A stretch of 28,562 nucleotides of DNA from positions 1 to 28,562 of the IMG/VR virus record IMGVR_UViG_3300044948_000016, one strand, 5' to 3'. The notes beneath the pieces are model-generated. The model had not been told where the DNA came from and searched no databases. It saw only the letters and a program-made list of their open reading frames with translations. Origin of the DNA: a virus. Taxonomy: Duplodnaviria > Caudoviricetes. The position numbers were made by a program, and so were the translations under genes. Within the stretch, counting starts at the first letter, position 1, and every line of letters starts with the position of its first letter. Shown here one piece after another: positions 24,137 through 28,562 of the stretch.

Positions 24137-26022
24137 GCCTACAGAATCTAGCAACCCAAATGGCGGCGCAAGGCCGTGGTCCAGACCGTACGCTTGTACA
24201 TATGTCCCCCAAAGAAGTGCAGGGGCTTCAAGCGCTTGCTATGGCACACGGCGGCTCTTTGACAATCAACCCACAAACAGGACTCCCTGAAGCAGGGTTC
24301 TTGGAAAGCATCCTACCCGCAGTCGCAGGATTCGCACTTAATGCTTTTGCTCCCGGAGTTGGTACTGCTGTTGGCGGCTTGTTTGGTCTTGGTGAAGCGG
24401 CTGGCACAGCCCTTACCGTTGGTGGAATTTCTGGATTAGCTTCTGGTAGCCTTGAGAAGGGCATCATGGCTGGTATGGGTGCTTATGGTGGCGCTGGTTT
24501 GGGTCAAAGCTTGGGAGACATGGGCAGCGGTGTAAACGCTCGCGCAGCAAATGCTGCATTTGACACAACTATGCCAAACCTAACGGATACAGAGCGTGTC
24601 GCAGCTATTCAAGCAGCATCTAAACCTGATATTGGTACAGGCTTTAGCGCAGCAGCAAAAGCGCCTATGGACTTCCTTAAAGACAACAAGATGAATCTTG
24701 CATTGCTTGCAGCACCAATGTTAATGGACTCATTTGGCAATAAAGATTCTGGACCAGAAGCCAACCCTTCTCCGGGATATATTCGCACAATGAAGCGTGA
24801 TCCTGTTACAGGACGTATATATCAGGAAAGCGCAATACCAACAGGAGAGTTTGGTAACCAATCAGTTGGTACATATGGTGGAGTACCTTCGCGGAGTATG
24901 GCTGAAGGTGGCGCTGTTGATGAGAACGCTCAAGTAGCTTACGACACACGTACAGACTCACAAAAATCATTTGATTACCTCATGGGTAAACCCGGATCAA
25001 CCAATCCAATGTTGTTTAAAAAGTTTGCAACAGGTGCAATACGGCCTGCAGACATGCTTACCAGAACAGGCGGTCGCTATGTACTAGACGCAGCTACAAA
25101 CACCTATGTGTGGGCTCCCGATGCTGGCGCTGCTGGTACTGCTGGTACTGCTGGTACTGCAGGTACTGCAGGTTTGGCTAGTTTGCAAGAACGCCTTGGC
25201 GGTGGTAAAGGTGACAGAGACCCCCAAGAACAAGCACGTATTGATGCTTTTATGGATGCAGAAGACGATAAAGATATAGCAGAGGGCAACCCAGTTGGTA
25301 CAACTCGTGGAGCGCGTATTAAAGACGATTTATCGTTCCTTAGTTTTCTAAACCCGCTTAATATGGTTAATTCAGTTGTTGATGTCTTTCAAGGCAAAAA
25401 CCCAGTAACCGGTGGCTGGAATACAGGCTATAACGAAGGAACACTGGGAACAGGGGTTTCTACGCAATCTCAAGATGCGGCAACCAATGCAGAGGTAGAG
25501 AGCCAAGCGCAGGCTAACGCCGCCAATACTTTAGATGTAAATGACGCAGCCGTAAATGCTGCTGCTAATGCTGCACAGGCACAGGCCAACGCTATTGCTG
25601 AGGGTAATAAAGGCGAGAACCAAGGCGGTTCTTACGGGGTAACTGATGGCGGTTATGGTATGACACCAGACGGCGGCATCGACGGTAGTATGTTTAGCAA
25701 AGGCGGTATTGCTGCCTTGGCTGGCGGCGGTTTAGGTTCTCTTGGCGGTTACTCTGATGGCGGTCAACTGCTTCGTGGCCCCGGAGACGGTGTATCCGAT
25801 AGCATCCCAGCTAGAATTGGACGCAAGCAGCCAGCACGACTTGCTGATGGTGAGTTTGTAGTCCCAGCCAGAATTGTTTCAGAACTGGGCAATGGTTCTA
25901 CAGAGGCAGGAGCTAGACAGCTTTACAAGATGCTTGACCGCATTCAAGCAGGGCGGAAAAAGACAGTAGGCAAAAACAAAACGGCGGTGAACAGCAAGTC
26001 TACCCGCTATCTTCCAGCATAA
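24133..26022 (+). CDS. Internal virion / DNA ejection protein 1
   Basis: 629 aa, Gly/Ala-rich with hydrophobic glycine-zipper stretch. LVHMSPKEV...TINPQTGLPEA N-terminus. GPGDGVSDSIPA...LADGEFVVPA C-terminus. Confidence 0.7.
   Translation: MSLQNLATQMAAQGRGPDRTLVHMSPKEVQGLQALAMAHGGSLTINPQTGLPEAGFLESILPAVAGFALNAFAPGVGTAVGGLFGLGEAAGTALTVGGISGLASGSLEKGIMAGMGAYGGAGLGQSLGDMGSGVNARAANAAFDTTMPNLTDTERVAAIQAASKPDIGTGFSAAAKAPMDFLKDNKMNLALLAAPMLMDSFGNKDSGPEANPSPGYIRTMKRDPVTGRIYQESAIPTGEFGNQSVGTYGGVPSRSMAEGGAVDENAQVAYDTRTDSQKSFDYLMGKPGSTNPMLFKKFATGAIRPADMLTRTGGRYVLDAATNTYVWAPDAGAAGTAGTAGTAGTAGLASLQERLGGGKGDRDPQEQARIDAFMDAEDDKDIAEGNPVGTTRGARIKDDLSFLSFLNPLNMVNSVVDVFQGKNPVTGGWNTGYNEGTLGTGVSTQSQDAATNAEVESQAQANAANTLDVNDAAVNAAANAAQAQANAIAEGNKGENQGGSYGVTDGGYGMTPDGGIDGSMFSKGGIAALAGGGLGSLGGYSDGGQLLRGPGDGVSDSIPARIGRKQPARLADGEFVVPARIVSELGNGSTEAGARQLYKMLDRIQAGRKKTVGKNKTAVNSKSTRYLPA
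25132..25173 (+). repeat. 9-bp tandem repeat GCWGGTACT (AGT peptide repeat)
   Basis: GCTGGTACT x3, GCAGGTACT, GCAGGT. In frame. Confidence 0.9.
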
Positions 26023-26031
26023 GGGGCAATC

Positions 26032-26934
26032 ATGGCAGACCAAACAGTACAGTATCAAACGGGCTTTGCCCCTCAAATTGCTCCTTACGCAGAGACGCTT
26101 TTAGGTACAGCGCAGCAAGCCGTATCTACTCCATATCAAAGTTACGCGGATTGGGCGCAGTCACAGGGCCTCACTGGAGATCAGATTGCAGGCTTTACCG
26201 ACCTTCAGAAGCAAGCGTTTACACAAGCAGGCGGAATGGAGCAAGATCCCAACTCTTTGGCTGCTGCTCAGGGTTTAAAGAGCCTTTCTGGTCAACAGTT
26301 TGGTCAGCAGCAAGCTGATCAATACATGAGTCCGTATATCCAAAGCGTGATTCAGAACCAACAGCGTGATGCTGCAAGGATGTCTGCCATTCAAGGAACC
26401 CAACAGCAAGCCCAAGCAGCACAGTCTGGCGCTTTTGGCGGTTCCCGTGACGCAATCATGCGAGCAGAGCGTGAGCGTAACTTAGGGATTCAGCAAGGTG
26501 ACATCCAAGCAGCAGGCTTACAGAATGCTTACACCAATGCCCAGAATCAGTTTAACGCAGACACAAGCCGTGGGCTACAAGGTTATGCCGCATTAGGTTC
26601 TCAAGGTCAAAACCTGTACGGTCAGACCACAGGCAACCTAAACCTGCAGAACGCACTTGGAACCCAGCAACAGCAGCAAGTTCAAAATCTACTTAACATT
26701 GGAACTCAAAACTACAACGCAGAGCAGAACTACCCATACAAGCAAATCGGCTTTATGTCTGACATTGTTCGTGGTTTACCAACCTCACAGCTTGGATCTA
26801 CCATGTACCAAGCTCCGCCTTCAATGTTGACCCAAGTCGCCGGTGCAGGCATTGCTGCCAAACAAGCTGGTTTGTTTAAACATGGCGGACAAGTTCGTGC
26901 TGGTCTTGCGGATCTTGCTATAAGCAGAATGTAA
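26032..26934 (+). CDS. Internal virion / DNA ejection protein 2 (Gln-rich)
   Basis: SD AAGGGG. YMSPYIQSVI, GAFGGSR, Gln-rich helical body. Ends FKHGGQVRAGLADLAISRM. Confidence 0.7.
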   Translation: MADQTVQYQTGFAPQIAPYAETLLGTAQQAVSTPYQSYADWAQSQGLTGDQIAGFTDLQKQAFTQAGGMEQDPNSLAAAQGLKSLSGQQFGQQQADQYMSPYIQSVIQNQQRDAARMSAIQGTQQQAQAAQSGAFGGSRDAIMRAERERNLGIQQGDIQAAGLQNAYTNAQNQFNADTSRGLQGYAALGSQGQNLYGQTTGNLNLQNALGTQQQQQVQNLLNIGTQNYNAEQNYPYKQIGFMSDIVRGLPTSQLGSTMYQAPPSMLTQVAGAGIAAKQAGLFKHGGQVRAGLADLAISRM

Positions 26935-26937
26935 ACT

Positions 26938-28562
26938 ATGATCAATGTAACTCAAATCACACGTAAGCTCTCCAGACTCCCCGATGGGGAGTTAAAAAAT
27001 TTTGCAGAAATGCATAAGCAGGATCCTTACACGTTCGCACTGGCAATCTCTGAGTCTATCCGCAGGAAAGACACAAGGTCTGCACCTCGCCCAGAGGAAC
27101 AACAACCTACAGTGGCTGATCAGCAGCTTTCTGCAATGACTGAACTACCAGAAGATGTGGGTATTGCTGCTTTGCCAGTGGACATGAATATGGCTTCCGG
27201 TGGCATTGTTGCCTTTGATAAAGGTGGCGATGTTTACAGCAACGAAGGACGCAACTCAAAAACTGCGTACCGTGAATATGCATTGGCAAAAGCTAAGGAA
27301 AACGGGGTAGATCCAGTCCTAGTTGACTCTATCTTTAACATTGAGTCTGGCTACAGGGCTGACGCTCAATCTCCAACAGGCCCACAGGGTATCGGTCAGC
27401 TTACCAAAGCCACCGGTAAAGCCTACGGTGTAAACCCAGAAGACCGCAAAGACCCGTACAAAAACATCGACGCTTCCATTGCGTTTATGGCTGATTTAAA
27501 CAAGAAGTACGCCGGAGATCCAGCTAAAATTGCTGTAGCCTACAACCAAGGCGAGACAGTCTTAAACAAGCATTTACGTGCAAACAAGGGTGAATTGAAT
27601 GCATCAGCTTTGCCAACCGAAGCTCAGGGTTACCTGAAGAAGCTTCAGAAGTTTGCGTTTAAACTTGCACCCGGATCTACAGCACAAGCCGAATCTTTAC
27701 CTGCAGCACAAACAGCTTCTGCGGTTAATGCACAATCATCTCAACCTAGAGTTGTTGACGGCTATGAAGTTGATGAGTTTGGAATCCCCGGTCGCAGAGC
27801 CGATGCTCCCAGAGTTCAGGCTCCAGAACCTGTAGATCAACGATCTATCTTTGAAAAAGGCGCAGACTACGCTGGTATCCCGCAAGAGTTTCAGCGTAAC
27901 TTCTCCAACACACTAAACGCCTTTGGTGGTGGTTTTGGTGGTGCTCCTCGTATGGCACGAGGAATTCAAAGTGGTGCTAAGGCGCTTGAGGAGGCTGTAC
28001 AAGCCACCCCTGAAGCCGTGGCTGCTGCCGCTGCTGCCGCACAAAAAATAGCCAATACTCGTATTGCCAAACCTGTAGCGCAAGGCATTGAAAACCTTAC
28101 TCAGGAAGCTCAAGCACTCCGTGCCGCTGCAGAAAACACTCGACTGGCTCGCGCTTTGAAGGGTGACACAGATGCTGCTAGAGCAGCCCAAAAATCTGTT
28201 GATCAATCCAATGAGACAGCAAGGGTTCTTAGGCAGCAGGCTGAAGCAGCCGACTTAGCCAAAGCAGCCCAAGTCAACAGAGTGAATCAAGCCGTTAATG
28301 TTCCAAGAATAGCTTCTGGTTTAAACGCTGCTGGTGCTCAAACCGAGCGCAGCGCATTTGCAGCAACTGATCCTCGCCGGACAGATGCCAAGCAAGTTGA
28401 AGCTTTAAACACTCCTGCGGCTCAGTCTTCTACAGAAGATATGCCTAGAGAGATACAAAGTCTTGAGAACAGATACCCCCTTAAAAAGGAAGACCTGACC
28501 AAGAAAGACCAAAAAGAAATCATTGATGATGCCAAGGACGCTGTTCCTCCATCTGCAAAAAC
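26938..28562 (+). CDS. Internal virion protein with soluble lytic transglycosylase domain (3'-truncated)
   Basis: Absent from the ORF track because no stop was found before the window end. Hand translation starts MINVTQITRKLSRLPD and includes GVDPVLVDSIFNIESGY (catalytic ES), GIGQL and AYNQG, the SLT motifs I-III, at about 27300-27555. Confidence 0.85.
   Translation, partial: MINVTQITRKLSRLPDGELKNFAEMHKQDPYTFALAISESIRRKDTRSAPRPEEQQPTVADQQLSAMTELPEDVGIAALPVDMNMASGGIVAFDKGGDVYSNEGRNSKTAYREYALAKAKENGVDPVLVDSIFNIESGYRADAQSPTGPQGIGQLTKATGKAYGVNPEDRKDPYKNIDASIAFMADLNKKYAGDPAKIAVAYNQGETVLNKHLRANKGELNASALPTEAQGYLKKLQKFAFKLAPGSTAQAESLPAAQTASAVNAQSSQPRVVDGYEVDEFGIPGRRADAPRVQAPEPVDQRSIFEKGADYAGIPQEFQRNFSNTLNAFGGGFGGAPRMARGIQSGAKALEEAVQATPEAVAAAAAAAQKIANTRIAKPVAQGIENLTQEAQALRAAAENTRLARALKGDTDAARAAQKSVDQSNETARVLRQQAEAADLAKAAQVNRVNQAVNVPRIASGLNAAGAQTERSAFAATDPRRTDAKQVEALNTPAAQSSTEDMPREIQSLENRYPLKKEDLTKKDQKEIIDDAKDAVPPSAK

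Noticed and set aside
25132-25173. 9-bp repeat as a phase-variation switch
   Set aside because: The unit is a multiple of three in a low-complexity linker, so slippage would not change frame.
1-28562. tRNA, rRNA, integrase, terminase or prohead protease genes
   Set aside because: None recognisable by eye. The terminase probably lies upstream of the window, and a tRNAscan or HMM run would be needed to exclude the others.

Overview
Late (virion morphogenesis) region of a tailed dsDNA bacteriophage, most likely a short-tailed (podovirus-type) phage of the kind common in aquatic viromes (lifestyle and host are inference). Almost all genes are on the + strand and tightly coupled, in this order: 5'-truncated P22-like portal, GroES-like co-chaperonin, scaffold, capsid accessory and major capsid genes, a terminator, a sigma70-type promoter with a structured leader RNA, a cluster of small basic proteins, neck/adaptor and tail-associated genes, a 20-aa-repeat protein, a split tail-fibre module (two adaptors, three tip plus chaperone pairs), an embedded lysis cassette (two holin-like genes, M15 endolysin), a tail hub, and three internal/ejection proteins, the last with an SLT domain and 3'-truncated. 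Two free-standing homing endonucleases (HNH; GIY-YIG-like/NUMOD3) sit at gene starts. The most interesting signals are: (1) a peptide tag (ADGIAQRGKTRG) and a [MFYL]xxGG motif shared by otherwise unrelated small proteins and the ejection proteins, suggesting a capsid cargo loading or processing system; (2) a kissing-loop leader RNA with a hammerhead-like CUGACGA junction; (3) both endonucleases leave a stub of the invaded gene's start and are followed by a replacement start. Family assignments are from motif recognition by eye, not database searches.
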